A stretch of DNA of 61,727 nucleotides, filler included, from an uncultured virus (IMG/VR IMGVR_UViG_2061766007_002345) (lineage: Duplodnaviria; Heunggongvirae; Uroviricota; Caudoviricetes). It is 7 parts of one record of this genome, joined end to end, with 100 filler letters (N's around TTAATTAATTAA, not from the genome) between each part and the next. Parts side by side here need not be neighbours in the genome. Positions count along the whole stretch, not along the records: positions 1 to 16,791 come from IMGVR_UViG_2061766007_002345; positions 16,892 to 20,057 come from IMGVR_UViG_2061766007_002345; positions 20,158 to 30,037 come from IMGVR_UViG_2061766007_002345; 4 more parts are not named here. One strand, 5' to 3'. A program made the position numbers and the translations under genes. The notes under the pieces were generated by a model. It saw only the letters and a program-made list of their open reading frames with translations. It was not told the origin of the DNA and made no database searches. How positions within the stretch are numbered: position 1 is the first letter of the stretch; every line of letters begins with the position of its first letter. This document shows, one piece after another, positions 11,541 through 24,300 of this stretch.

Positions 11541-12012
11541 CTGCATAACGTCTCTTTACATGTCCAGGAGCAGAAATCTTTGATTCTTTAACTCCGGCTA
11601 CTGTATAATTGAAATCCGATTCATTCATAATACCATTAGAAACTCTGCACTTTAATAGACGCTGATAGAAAAGGGAATTCATTACACCGGTTTCACCGCA
11701 GTTATAAACTAATGAGAATAATCCATCAATAAATCCCTGACTAAATTCATATTCATAAGGAAGTGCTTCAATCAGACGTTTAACACACTTCTTAAACTTT
11801 TGAATATCCTTACGAAAATATTCATCAGCTTCTTGTTTAGAAATAGTCATTCCTTCATAAACATCAGAACNNNNNNNNNNNNNNNNNNNNNNNNNNNNNN
11901 NNNNNNNNNNNNNNTTAATGAATTCTATACCATCATTAGAAATAATGTAATCCTTAGCAGTTGCTGCAACTGCAATAAGAATGCAAGCAATAATTGTAAT
12001 AAGTTTTTTCAT
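11541..12012 (-). CDS. GH24 phage lysozyme/endolysin with N-terminal signal peptide (3' end in gap)
   Basis: ISNDGIEFI, GMTISKQEAD, DGLFSLVYNCG, GHVKRRYAE motifs; MKKLITIIACILIAVAATA leader. Confidence 0.8.
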
Positions 12013-12398
12013 TATTTTTTAAATACAGCTTCTGTAAGATGTAGAAGCAAGTTACTATTATACTTCTCAATAGCAGAATAACGGATCTGATAAAAACTAT
12101 CTATTCTGCCTTTACCAGAAATTCGCCATGAATGTTTTATAAGATCTTCTTTAGACAAAATATAAGTAGCAATAAGATTGCTTCTTTCATCAACCTGAGT
12201 AAGAATAAATACTCGATTCCTAATTACTTTATAATCAGGAATTACAATAGTTGTCGCATATGCATCTGAATTACCTTGAACATAAACAGTTTGACTGTCT
12301 ACAGGCATAAACATCTTGTTCTTTCGATAATCAAGATAAACATGCTTCACAACTTTATTAAAACGTTCAGAAATTTTTCTGGGTACAGGAAATTTCAT
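12012..12398 (-). CDS. Hypothetical protein
   Basis: 128-aa ORF downstream of a promoter motif. Confidence 0.6.
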   Translation of the reverse strand: MKFPVPRKISERFNKVVKHVYLDYRKNKMFMPVDSQTVYVQGNSDAYATTIVIPDYKVIRNRVFILTQVDERSNLIATYILSKEDLIKHSWRISGKGRIDSFYQIRYSAIEKYNSNLLLHLTEAVFKK

Positions 12399-12423
12399 AA
12401 TCTTTTATTTTGATTTACACTAT

Positions 12424-12451
12424 AATATAGAGCAAAAATAAAAAAATTCGA
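12424..12451 (-). promoter_or_regulatory. Phage promoter motif (TCGAAT-N15-CTATATT variant)
   Basis: Matches recurrent intergenic consensus. Confidence 0.55.
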
Positions 12452-12472
12452 AGTAACCTCCGAATTTCTTAA

Positions 12473-12907
12473 TTAATATTTTCTAAATGCAATTGCTGCT
12501 ATTTTTTCACCTCTTTTTTTAAATACAAAAATAATACATTTACTATCTGCTCTGATAACTATTTTATTATTATCATATAATAAATTGCATTTATTTTTAT
12601 AGTAATCCAATAAAGGCTCTTCATTCATTAGATTTAATTTATCTCGTATTTCAGAAGGTAAATTTAAAGCATTCATTGCTTTATCATAACTATATCCTTC
12701 TACATCTAAAACATTATATTCTTCAACCCAATCTTCAACTGTTCTTTCAATAATAGCATTAGTATCTTTTATAGTAGATAAATAAAGTATCTTATCAACG
12801 GCCTTATTATCATGAATTCCATAATGACCTTTCTTATTTCCAGATACTTTACTTGTTTTATCTATTTTAAGNNNNNNNNNNNNNNNNNNNNNNNNNNGTT
12901 CTTTCAT
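12473..12907 (-). CDS. Leader-family hypothetical protein (MKE...LKIDKTS)
   Basis: 144-aa ORF, motif partly masked. Confidence 0.7.
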   Translation of the reverse strand: MKEXXXXXXXXXLKIDKTSKVSGNKKGHYGIHDNKAVDKILYLSTIKDTNAIIERTVEDWVEEYNVLDVEGYSYDKAMNALNLPSEIRDKLNLMNEEPLLDYYKNKCNLLYDNNKIVIRADSKCIIFVFKKRGEKIAAIAFRKY

Positions 12908-13387
12908 TAATCAATAGGTTCAAAATTTTTCTCATCAAATAACCAATACCAATTTCTTTTATCATCATCTTCATCTAATGCATCATCGGCAATTTTATAT
13001 CCTTCTGGAGATAATGCATAAATATAATATGTACCTCTAGATCCTGAATTAATACAATCAACCTCTAAATGGCCATCTTTAGTTCTTATTTCATAACCTA
13101 AATCTTTTCCATCAATAATCTTCTTAAGCATTTTTGTTAATGACTGATTTAAATCATAAGCAGATTTATTAAAGTTATTAGAATCAGAAATAGAATCAAA
13201 CTGGAATGCTATAAATCCTCCGTCATGATTATCATTAATAACATCCATGCAAAACCACATTTCATCTCCTTCTGTTTCTTCTGCATTTTCAGAATCTACA
13301 TCAGAATATATAAGTCTATTACTACCACCTTCAATATCATCAGGATTAAATTTATATTGGGAGGATTTATTAATTTTTAATTTTTCA
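12907..13387 (-). CDS. Leader-family hypothetical protein (..EKLKINKSS; start in gap)
   Basis: Frame of ORF 12907-13260 extends upstream to the motif. Confidence 0.7.
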
Positions 13388-13446
13388 NNNNNNNNNNNNN
13401 NNNNNNNNNNNNNNNNNNNNNNNNNNNNNNNNNNNNNNNNNNNNNN

Positions 13447-13725
13447 CCACGGAAATAATGATTCACAATCATATCCTTTTACTTTATTAAAATATGCATA
13501 ATATATAGTTCCTTTATCTAATAGATATAATGATTTAACGGCTCTTGTTTCATCATAATCTTCAATAGTAGGTAAATCTTCTTCATCATNNNNNNNNNNN
13601 NNNNNNNNNNNNNNNNNNNNNAATTATTAAGAGCACGTCTAAACATATTTTCGGTTACATTTTTATGTTTAGTTTTCTTAATTTTTGAATCTTTATTAAT
13701 TTTTAATTTTTCAATTATATATTGA
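13447..13725 (-). CDS. Leader-family hypothetical protein (..QYIIEKLKINKDS), gapped
   Basis: Manual translation. Confidence 0.6.
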
Positions 13726-14250
13726 NNNNNNNNNNNNNNNNNNNNNNNNNNNNNNNNTATTTATATAAACATGTACTTCTCCAAGATAATAACTATGTCT
13801 TGTATTCTTTGCTTTTAAATAATTATTACCATTACCTTCTTCAATATAATTAGCAAACTGTTTTACTTTTCCGGGACGGTTTTTAACAAATTTAAGTAAA
13901 TCTTTTTTTTCTAATCTGTCATATCTATCACCATCCAGAACACTCTTTAAGTTCTTATATTCAGCATNNNNNNNNNNNNNNNNNNNNNNNNAATATTATT
14001 TTCTATAATCCAATCTTCTATTGCATTACATATTCCAATATTAGAAGAATCATTTAATTTAATATCACATATCATAGTAATTAAGCTACAAACAGTATTA
14101 AGATCTGATTCGCTCATTTTCTTATTACNNNNNNNNNNNNNNNNNNNNNNNNNNNNNNNNNNNNNNNNNNNNNNNNNNNNNNNNNNNNNNNNNNNNNNNN
14201 NNNNNNNNNNNNNNNNNNNNNNNNNNNNNNNNNNNNNNNNNNNNNNNNNN

Positions 14251-14796
14251 TATAAGATTTTTTCATCTTATCATTTTTACCATGCGCTCCAATAACTTTT
14301 ATATGTTCTTTTTTTAATTTTTGTTCTAATTTTTCATAAAATACTTTAACAAGAGCAATAGGATTTATATCTAATTCTTTTTTTTCTTTAGAACTTAATT
14401 GCCATAAAATGATATATGCACTGTTTTTAACAATATTATCAAATGTATAACCATATTCAGATAATAATTTTGAAGAATTAAATAATGATGAAATTATGTG
14501 TTTTAATCCCATAACNNNNNNNNNNNNNNNNNATAATATATACCAAATATTCCTAAAACTTTTTTATCATAAATAATTTTAAAATAATGTGAATCTTTTT
14601 CATCTCCTAAAAATATTTCATGATCTAAATATTCTTCAGTTACTTCAAATCCTGATAAATCTTTTCCGTGGTTATATTCATCACTTAGTAATATTTTTTT
14701 AATATCTTTCCAAGAACAATCTTCGAAAGACATTTTTTCTCTTAATTCATTAAAGTCAACTAAACTTTCTAATATATATTGAAATAGATTTTTCAT
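14251..14796 (-). CDS. Leader-family protein (MKNLFQYILES), possibly GNAT-like fold, gapped
   Basis: ATG at 14796; continues into ORF 14114-14512. Confidence 0.55.
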
Positions 14797-14823
14797 ANNN
14801 NNNNNNNNNNNNNNNNNNNNNNN

Positions 14824-15168
14824 GAGAGCTTTTTCATCATCGATTGGATAGAATACACCATTAATCATGATACCTGTTCTGTCATCATCGTCATCACTAT
14901 TAGGATCCTTATATCCGGCTTTTTTCCATTCTTCATCCTTTTCATATTTCCATTGAACACCGGATTTNNNNNNNNNNNNNNNNNNNNNNAAGGCAGTAGC
15001 ATCAAAGTCATTATCCTGAATATTATGAATATTTTCTTTTGAAATACCATATTTTTTACCTTCTTGTTCAATATAGCCATTTTTCATAGCATACTCAATA
15101 GCTTTTTTAACATTATCCGGAATATCTTTTCTAATTCCTTCGTTAATATATTCTACTAAAGTTTTCAT
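14824..15168 (-). CDS. Leader-family hypothetical protein (MKTLVEYINEG)
   Basis: ORF track N-part. Confidence 0.65.
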
Positions 15169-15647
15169 ATTATATTATTNNNNNNNNNNNNNNNNNNNNN
15201 NNNNNNNNNNNNNNNNNNNNNNNNNNNNNNNNNNNNNNNNNNNNNNNNNNNNNNNNNNNNNNNNNNNNNNNNNNNNNNNNNNNNNNNNNNNNNNNNNNNN
15301 NNNNNNNNNNNNNNNNNNNNNNNNNNNNNNNNNNNNNNNNNNNNNNNNNNNNNNNNNNNNNNNNNNNNNNNNNNNNNNNNNNNNNNNNNNNNNNNNNNNN
15401 NNNNNNNNNNNNNNNNNNNNNNNNNNNNNNNNNNNNNNNNNNNNNNNNNNNNNNNNNNNNNNNNNNNNNNNNNNNNNNNNNNNNNNNNNNNNNNNNNNNN
15501 NNNNNNNNNNNNNNNNNNNNNNNNNNNNNNNNNNNNNNNNNNNNNNNNNNNNNNNNNNNNNNNNNNNNNNNNNNNNNNNNNNNNNNNNNNNNNNNNNNNN
15601 NNNNNNNNNNNNNNNNNNNNNNNNNNNNNNNNNNNNNNNNNNNNNNA

Positions 15648-16168
15648 GCATCTAAAAATCTATCACCTAAAAGTGAATTACCTTCTGTCAACATAGTAAA
15701 TACAGTATTTTCAAAATCTTTATCATTTAAATCATTCATTGAATCAAATCCTTTATAAATATTTTTAAGGATTTTATCATTTCTATAAATCCTAAGGATA
15801 TATGTATTATTATTGGTATCTTTAGCTTCAATATGAATTAAACATTTATTATCTTTAACAGATTTCCAATTTGTATATCCTAAGTCTGAATCATTAAGAT
15901 ATTTAGCAACAGTTTCTGAATTTTCTGCTTCTTTTAATGCATTATATAAAGTATATATAACCGCTTGACACATATCTTCATATCTAGTGCTTTCAATAAA
16001 TGGAAATTTTTCTTCTCTCATTTTTTCAGAGAATGAAAATGATATATTTGCTAATGACTCAGGAATATCATGCTGATTACATAAAATAACATTATATTTA
16101 GCATAAAATTCATTTATTTCTTTAATATCTTTAGATTCCTTTATTAAATATTCTTTTAAAGTTTTCAT
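15648..16168 (-). CDS. Leader-family hypothetical protein (MKTLKEYLIKES), partial
   Basis: ATG at 16168 within ORF 15170-16360. Confidence 0.65.
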
Positions 16169-16835
16169 AATTNNNNNNNNNNNNNNNNNNNNNNNNNNNN
16201 NNNNNNNNNNNNNNNNNNNNNNNNNNNNNNNNNNNNNNNNNNNNNNNNNNNNNNNNNNNNNNNNNNNNNNNNNNNNNNNNNNNNNNNNNNNNNNNNNNNN
16301 NNNNNNNNNNNTATCCTCTTTCATATTCACTAAATTTATTAGGTATAGATATAATTGCAAGCTCAGTATTTGAATGTACAGGATTAACAGTTTGCATACC
16401 TAATGACATAGGAACTATATTCCATTTACTTCCATTACTTAATTTAAAACTAAGTTTATCATTATTCTTTAATGAAGCTACAATAAGATCATCTTTCTTA
16501 AAATGATTTATACCTTCTGAAGGAATATATACAAATCTATTTAATAAAATTTTCTTATCACTTCTATCATAAGTAAGTATATAATCTCCAATTTTAATCT
16601 TAGTAGAACCATTATTAAATTTGAATTTAGAANNNNNNNNNNNNNNNNNNNNNNNNNNNNNNNNNNNNNGTATCTTTTGATATAAGAACAATATACCATT
16701 GCTGATAATCATGCATAAGGTATAAATCATATTTTACTTTATTGATAAGTAATAATGATTCATCAAAATTATATGTACCATCAGAATTAAANNNNNNNNN
16801 NNNNNNNNNNNNNNNNNNNNNNNNNNNNNNNNNNN

Positions 16836-16847
16836 TTAATTAATTAA
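16836..16847. other. Artificial contig linker TTAATTAATTAA (also at 20102, 30082, 40078, 42205, 49105)
   Basis: Identical six-frame-stop 12-mer flanked by N runs six times. Confidence 0.9.
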
Positions 16848-16891
16848 NNNNNNNNNNNNNNNNNNNNNNNNNNNNNNNNNNNNNNNNNNNN

Positions 16892-18227
16892 TTAAGTGCT
16901 GCAAGTTTAAGACCTAAATCATTAAATGTAAAATTAAAGTATCCCTTATAATATTTATATTCTTGTTCATCATATGATACTTCTTTTAAAACATTAAAAT
17001 TATTACGTACAACAGGTTTACCTTCACCCCAGANNNNNNNNNNTTATCCTCATCTTCAGTAAGTTTTAATTCTATACTTAAAAGTGAAGTATCTTTAAAT
17101 AATTGATATGAATATATATTGTCATTTATAATATCAAAGAAGTCTTTAACATACTGTCTTTGTATTCTATTATCATTTCTTATTAATTTTGATATAGTTA
17201 ATTTATCTCCCCACTCAAACCATTTTAATGAATTAATTGCACTACGGTAGTTACCAACTTCACCTTTAAGCTGCATATAATTCATAAGATATTCTTTAAG
17301 TTTCTGATAATATATTTTTTCATCAGGAACATCAATATTATAGTTTGAAGAGTAAATTGCCCTTGTAATTTCTTTTGGAAGATAAATACCGAAGTTTTGT
17401 CCATTTACAATTAATTCTTCTGCCTCATCTATAATTTCTGTAGATACTGTTATAGGACACCATTCATCATCAATATTAATTAATACATTAGTACTCCATA
17501 TACCTGCTTCTGGTGAATTTACAGCTACATAGAAAGTATTAATAAGATATAATTCTTTTTGAATATGAATATTTGTTAATGTATCTCTGTTTTCTTCAGT
17601 TACAAGAACTTCTCTTGTATCTGTAATAAGTCTGACATATTTAAAGATTGCACCGATTTCAATTTTACCTAACAAAATATTTTCATTAGGATCTACGTCA
17701 TGATATTCATTATCTGAATCTAAATAATGTACATCTAATAAATCTTCTGAATTATATACATCACCGTTATATTCTTTATTAGATACTACATTGATATAAA
17801 AAGTTTCAGTACCTATTTCAATAGGATTTTCATCATCACTTTCATCTACTAATGCACCTTTATAGTTATCTGTTGATAAATCTTCTGCATAAGTTATTTC
17901 ATTTGATGATTTAATCTCAGATTCAAATAGTTCAATAGAATCATTTAATGAATTTATATTAAGAAGTTTATTTTCTATAATATCAGAATCGATAATATGA
18001 AAAATATTAGAATTTTCAATCTTAATATTTACATGAACTTCATCATTTTCTTTAACCTTTGTAACAACTCTGATTGGTTTGAAATAATAGTTATTTACTG
18101 AAAGCATTGAACTGTTTTCAGAATCAAACCAGAATATGTATGGCGTTTCTTGGTATTCATATCCAATAGGATATTGATCATAATGAGTTAAAGAAAAAAT
18201 ATGTCCTGTTCTGTCTATGAAATTCAT
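16892..18227 (-). CDS. N-terminal part of a large acidic putative structural protein
   Basis: 413-aa ORF truncated by gap and contig linker. Confidence 0.55.
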
Positions 18228-18262
18228 ATTAAACTATTGTATTGATTATATATAAAAATAAA

Positions 18263-18288
18263 AAAGGTAGATTAATTAATCTACCTTT
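18263..18288 (-). terminator. Intrinsic terminator hairpin
   Basis: AAAGGTAGATTAA/TTAATCTACCTTT palindrome followed by T run on minus strand. Confidence 0.65.
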
Positions 18289-18736
18289 ATAATTATTCTT
18301 GCATAATTTTCTTCATTCACATAAACCAAATATTGTTTCGTTCCTAATAGTTGATATGATGTGTTTTCTGCAATAATATCTTTATTATATTCTATTGTTT
18401 TTAATATTTCTGCTACTTTATCTTTATCAAGTTCAAATTTATCAAAAATTGTNNNNNNNNNNNNNNAACTTTATTTAGAATTGCCTTAAATTTCTTTACC
18501 TCATTATCTTTAACCCATTCATATATTCCCATAGTAATTGGTCCAAAATCATCTATCTCATCTGGATCTGTAGGCCATAAATCATCAGGATCATCATAAT
18601 TATCTTTAGCTGCTATTCTACCAAATAACCAGGCGATATACCATGCAGCACCATCATATGATGAAAAACTATAAGTAGTACTTACATTTTTATTGATTTT
18701 AAGTTTTTCAGTTATATATTTATTTAATTGTTTCAT
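18276..18736 (-). CDS. Leader-family hypothetical protein (MKQLNKYITEKLKINKN)
   Basis: ATG at 18736; C-part read manually after gap to TAA at 18276. Confidence 0.7.
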
Positions 18737-18737
18737 A

Positions 18738-18977
18738 TTAATACCAAGTAATCCATTTAAATCTTTTAACCTTATCAATATATTTAAAAAGCATTATTAA
18801 TCGTAAATCGATAAGTTGTAAAAATGTAACAAGCACCGCATTACCTTTAAAAAGAATTTTAGGTAATGTTTTACTTAATATACCTTCTGAAGCATAATCA
18901 TACTTTTCAATTTCATTAACTGAATTGAATTCACTAAGGTTTTCTTTCCTTTTATTTGTTTTATTCTTTATATCCAT
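18738..18977 (-). CDS. Hypothetical protein
   Basis: 79-aa ORF coupled to neighbours. Confidence 0.6.
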   Translation of the reverse strand: MDIKNKTNKRKENLSEFNSVNEIEKYDYASEGILSKTLPKILFKGNAVLVTFLQLIDLRLIMLFKYIDKVKRFKWITWY

Positions 18978-20029
18978 TATGATAAATCAAACTTAGGTAA
19001 ATAAGCGTCAATTTTTGTAAATGCATCATCTAATGCTTTCTTAGCTGCTTCATATGATTTTTTTTCTGAATCATATGAATTACCCTTTGCCATTGAAAGC
19101 TTTGTTCTTAAATAAGTTTCTAATAATGTAATTATACCGTTTCTACCAGAATAATATCCATTATGTCCTCTTCTAGTGGAAGATATCCATGTTTTTTTAC
19201 CTGATAAATAAGAAAGTAATGTATCTACTTCATATTCATATTTTGCATATTTAATAGGATTCTTACTTAATTCAGCAGATATCTGTAATATTTTCTGTGT
19301 ATATTCTGTTACTTTCTTTACATATTCATCATTAGCTTCTCTATCAGCTTTTATCTTAGCAAGATATTTTTGATATCTTTCTTTATTTTCTTTTGCAATT
19401 CTTTCATATTCAAATTCTCTGACATTATCATCATTTAATGGATTCATTGCACCAGAAATTGCTGCATATCTTTGATTTCTCTTTTCTCTATGAGCTTTTT
19501 TAATTTCACTTACATCAGCAAATAAAAATTTCTTTGTTAAAAAAGCTTCAACTTCACTAGGTTTAAATGATTCACGATGGAAAGACCAGGTATTTGTAAA
19601 ACTATAATAGTCATTACCATGTTCACCGTCTCCTGCACCAATAAGTACACCTCTATATTTAGGAGAATCAGGATCAGTAGTATTTAAAAGTATAATAACA
19701 CCAGGAAATGAATTGCTTCTGTTTGAAGTAATTCTTTTAGCAAGTTTAACACCTTCTGGATCTTCAATAGAATATTCTTTAAACATATCATCAGTTATAT
19801 CAGACCAGCTGATACCTGTCCATTGACTTGTAAAGAGTTTTTTAAATGTAGCACCAGTATCTGGACTTCTATGATAATGTTCTTTATCATTTTCAGCTTC
19901 TTCTTTCTGTTTTTTAATTCTATCATTAAGCTGATCAGATATTTCTTGAAGAATTTTTGATTTAAATGCTTCTGTAATCATTGAATTATTAAACCAATAA
20001 TCTTTCTGATATTCTAAAATTGTTTTCAT
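18977..20029 (-). CDS. Hypothetical helical protein
   Basis: 350-aa ORF. Confidence 0.7.
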   Translation of the reverse strand: MKTILEYQKDYWFNNSMITEAFKSKILQEISDQLNDRIKKQKEEAENDKEHYHRSPDTGATFKKLFTSQWTGISWSDITDDMFKEYSIEDPEGVKLAKRITSNRSNSFPGVIILLNTTDPDSPKYRGVLIGAGDGEHGNDYYSFTNTWSFHRESFKPSEVEAFLTKKFLFADVSEIKKAHREKRNQRYAAISGAMNPLNDDNVREFEYERIAKENKERYQKYLAKIKADREANDEYVKKVTEYTQKILQISAELSKNPIKYAKYEYEVDTLLSYLSGKKTWISSTRRGHNGYYSGRNGIITLLETYLRTKLSMAKGNSYDSEKKSYEAAKKALDDAFTKIDAYLPKFDLS

Positions 20030-20363
20030 ATATATTAATTTTCTTTATATTTCAAAANNNNNNNNNNNNNNNNNNNNNNNNNNNNNNNNNNNNNNNNNNN
20101 NTTAATTAATTAANNNNNNNNNNNNNNNNNNNNNNNNNNNNNNNNNNNNNNNNNNNNTTCTATAAACAAAGAAATTATATGCAATATCTAATGCCTTTAA
20201 TTCTTCTTTTTTATATTTTGTTGGATTATCTAAAGCAATATTCTTCCACCAGTATCTTTCTTTTTCGATTTCTTCTGGTGTTTTAGGTTTAACTTNNNNN
20301 NNNNNNNNNNNNNNNNNNNNNNNNNNNNNNNNTCTAATATGTATAAATTAAGTTCTTTCATAA

Positions 20364-21227
20364 TTAAATAGCATTAGTATTATAAAAATATCCGACAGCA
20401 TGATTAGAAAGAATCCATTCATGTATCTGTTGCATTTCTTCATTAGCCATATCTCTCCAAACTTGGTAATTAAGTGTAACACCACCAGGAAGCTTAAATT
20501 CAAATGTACCCATAATAGTAGCCATACTTCTAAGACCTAAACAAACACAATATCTGAAGAAATAGTAATTCTTATAAAGATCCTGAATTTTAATTCTTTG
20601 AAATACATCAAGAATTAAATCAGAATTACCAAGAGCACCCTGTATAACTAAATCATTACTGAATTCATTATAATCATATGTAAGAGGAGCATTGAACATA
20701 TATTTATATGTATCAACTTCATAAAGTGCGCCCATAACATCTGTAAGATTATAACCATTACCTGAACCGAATACATCAGAAAGTGATCCACCAGCTCCAG
20801 ATGCAAGTGCAGAATTATTAAGAATCATTCTTTCTAAGGAGAAGTCACCCATTACACCATAGTTAAATGCTGCTGTTGTTTTATATACACCTACTACAGA
20901 AAGAATCTGCTGTGGAAGCTTAACGATATTATTAGGACCACATTTTTGAATTTCTTTGTTTGGTAAACAATACCATTTATGCTGGCATGCTTGGTCATCA
21001 TTCTGCCAGAAGTATTGTGCAGCCTGTAAAATAAGTGGTGGAATGGCAGACGGAGGAATAGGTATATTTAAAGCACAGCTTTGTGTAAGTTCCTGTATTA
21101 TTCTCTGTATGAAATTATAGTCAATCTGATCTTCAATATTTTGCTTTTGCTTAATATATTCTTCCATTGACATTGTTTGATCTTTTTGACTATTGTTTTC
21201 TATATTATTTATACAAGAATTGCTCAT
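20364..21227 (-). CDS. Neck protein / head-tail adaptor, T4 gp13-like
   Basis: C-terminal KLPGGVTLN...ANEEM motif typical of gp13. Confidence 0.75.
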   Translation of the reverse strand: MSNSCINNIENNSQKDQTMSMEEYIKQKQNIEDQIDYNFIQRIIQELTQSCALNIPIPPSAIPPLILQAAQYFWQNDDQACQHKWYCLPNKEIQKCGPNNIVKLPQQILSVVGVYKTTAAFNYGVMGDFSLERMILNNSALASGAGGSLSDVFGSGNGYNLTDVMGALYEVDTYKYMFNAPLTYDYNEFSNDLVIQGALGNSDLILDVFQRIKIQDLYKNYYFFRYCVCLGLRSMATIMGTFEFKLPGGVTLNYQVWRDMANEEMQQIHEWILSNHAVGYFYNTNAI

Positions 21228-21349
21228 AAATCAATTGACATATTTATATATAATAATAAAAATTGATAGTCATAATACTATAAATTTAACCGAATTTAGT
21301 CTATGAGAAATTCTATTTTTTATAAAAATACAGGTGCTGAAGGATTTTA

Positions 21350-24300
21350 ATGGAAGAGAAAAGCAATGTTTTTGGACAATCATATAATTTTGCAAAATAC
21401 CGTCAGTTAAATGAAGTTTTAAAGAATCAGGAAAAGAAATCTATATCTGACATTCTTTTAGACTTTACTGAAATTTCAAGTAGTTTTTCAAATATTGAAA
21501 ATGAACTTAACAAACATAAGTATGTTTATTCAAGTGCAAGGTTTGATTTATGCCCTTTAGATGAACAGAGAAATTTTGTTAATGATCAATTACAGTTAAT
21601 TGAAACTCTTGTAACTGATAAAATTTATTTTAATGAAGGTATTGTTTGTAACTGGTATGATATATATGCTTTAATGCATGACAAGAACTATGCTGCTGTA
21701 GATAAATTAAATAGAAAAGTTGTATTCTCTACTGCAAGTACAAAAAGACCTATCGGTATGGAATCATTCAATATGTGGAATGGTTTACAGATTATCGATA
21801 TTGATATCAAAAATGCAGAGCTTGCAAATCAGTTAAAAGCAGTTTTATTCAATGAGTTAAAGACATTTCATTGGTTCCTTGGTGTATGTTTATCATCATC
21901 CAAAAGGTCTCTTCATGTCTGGACTAAAATAACTCCGCTTACTAATGAATTAAATGCAAGACGAATTGAATTCAGATGCAATTTCCGTCATAAATATTCA
22001 TATATCTATATTACACTTCTTAAGTATATAGATACATTTGGTTATACAAAAGAAGATATTATTTCATACCTTGATAATGCTATGGCTAAACCACAACAAG
22101 GTATATTTATTGCTGCAGATAATCAGGCATATATGAATACTAATTTTGTAGATTTAAGACTTGATGCTGCTTTTGAAAGTGCAATCAATAATGGTATTGA
22201 ATCTATAAACTGGATCACTCATCCTGATCTTAAATTAGTATTTAATAAACTTGAATGGTTTGAAAATGATACACTTAATGAAAATAATGTAAAACATGAA
22301 AGTGTAGAGAATATAGATGATAGGGATTTAAAGAAATCAAAGGGTCCTCGTCACTATAAACATAATCAAAGATGGCAGCTTGCAAATACCTTAACTGCTT
22401 TATATGGTAAGGAAAAAGCCTTAGAGATTCTATGTGAAATTTGTGAAGGTACATCACGTAAAGAGCTGGTTGGTGATGTAACGACAGCATCAAGACATAA
22501 TAAACCTGTTTCAAAATGGGCAATCAATATTCTTAATGAAAATCATGGATTTAACTTGAAAATTAAAGAGGATATTGATGAAACTAAAAAAAAATTAGAA
22601 AAGATTGATGAAGAAATTAAAAATGCTAAAGTAGATTATGATCCAATTTTTATACTTAATGAGCATACAAACAAAATCAATCTTTTTTTGACTAAGGATC
22701 AGTATTTAAGTGATATTAAAGATCAGATACTTTCTAATCTTTCTAAAATTACTTTGTTGGAAGCAGGTGCAGGTTATGGTAAGACTGAAATGATTAAAGC
22801 ATTTAAGTCTAAAGTATTACTTATTCTTCCATTTACTTCAATTATTAAATCTAAGATTGAATTAGATGAAAATACATCTGATTGGTTATATTACTATGGT
22901 TCCAAGAAGCCTTCTCTTGATGAACTTGCAGGACCCAATTCTATGTCAATGACTATTGATAAATTCAGTCATTTGAATCTTTATGAAATAGATGCTGCTG
23001 GGTTTGAATATATAGTAATTGATGAAAGTCATCTTTTATTTACTAGTTCATACAGAAATGTTATGTCTCCTACTATTCAGAGACTTGCTAACTGTAAAGC
23101 AAAGGTAATATTAATGACTGGTACGCCTACGGCAGAAACCTTATTCTTCCCTAATATCAATCATATTAGGGTAAAGAGAGAAGAAACCCGTATCAAGGAA
23201 TTTAGTACATATCTTTGTCCTACAGAATGTGAAGCTGAATGGGAAATGGCTAAATCTATGGCAGAAGATATCATAAATGGCATTAAGATTATTTGGCCTA
23301 CTAATAAAGGAAGTACATATTTTCAACAAATTATGAAACTTGTTGAAGAAGAACTTGGTGTAGATAATGTAAAGAAAAATACCGGATGGAAAGGTCCTTT
23401 AAAGTTTTTCTATTATAAGAAATCTAATTATGGAGATGAATCAATGGATAATATTAATAAAAACAAATCCATTGGTGATAATGATATAATTGGATGNNNN
23501 NNNNNNNNNNNNNNNNNNNNNNNNNNNNNNTTCATGTATATTTTAATGAACCAGCAATTTCACAAGATATTGAACAGTATGCAAACCGTTTAAGAAGAAA
23601 TGATTTGTATATTAAACTATTCCTTCCTAGAAGTATCAGAGGTACTTTAATGGATTGGGATTATACTCGTAAACTTGACCTATCACTTGATGAGAAATCA
23701 TTAGTTGTTGTACGAGATTATATCAGAACTGTAAATGATATGGTAGAAAGAAATGTTGATGAAGCAAAATATAATCCTATGATTATGTCTTTGATTTCTG
23801 TAAATAACTATATCAAATATGATGAAATCGATTGTAAATATTATATCGATGAAACAGCATATAAATTAAGAATATTCGAGGAAAGATATACAGAATATGC
23901 TAAGCAATTAAATGTTATTAAGAAAGGTATGCAATATTATGGATATACTATTAATACTATTACTACAGAAGATATACAGCCAGAAGAATCAAAACTTAAA
24001 TATGAAGATTTAAAATCATCTGCAAAACATATGAGATGGAATGAAAATACAGCACAGGTAAAAGAATATCTTTCACATATTACTGAAGATAATATTGACC
24101 TTTATAGGGAAATAGTAAGAGGTAATTATGGTATATTTAAGGATCCTGACGAGAAATATCAGGAAATTAGAGGTGAGAATAATCTTTATTGTGCAAGTAT
24201 TGAAGTATTGGAAAAGAATACACCTATTATACTTTCATTATACAGATTCTATTCTATTGATACAATTAAAGATATATATAATTATTGTATTGATTCTAAA

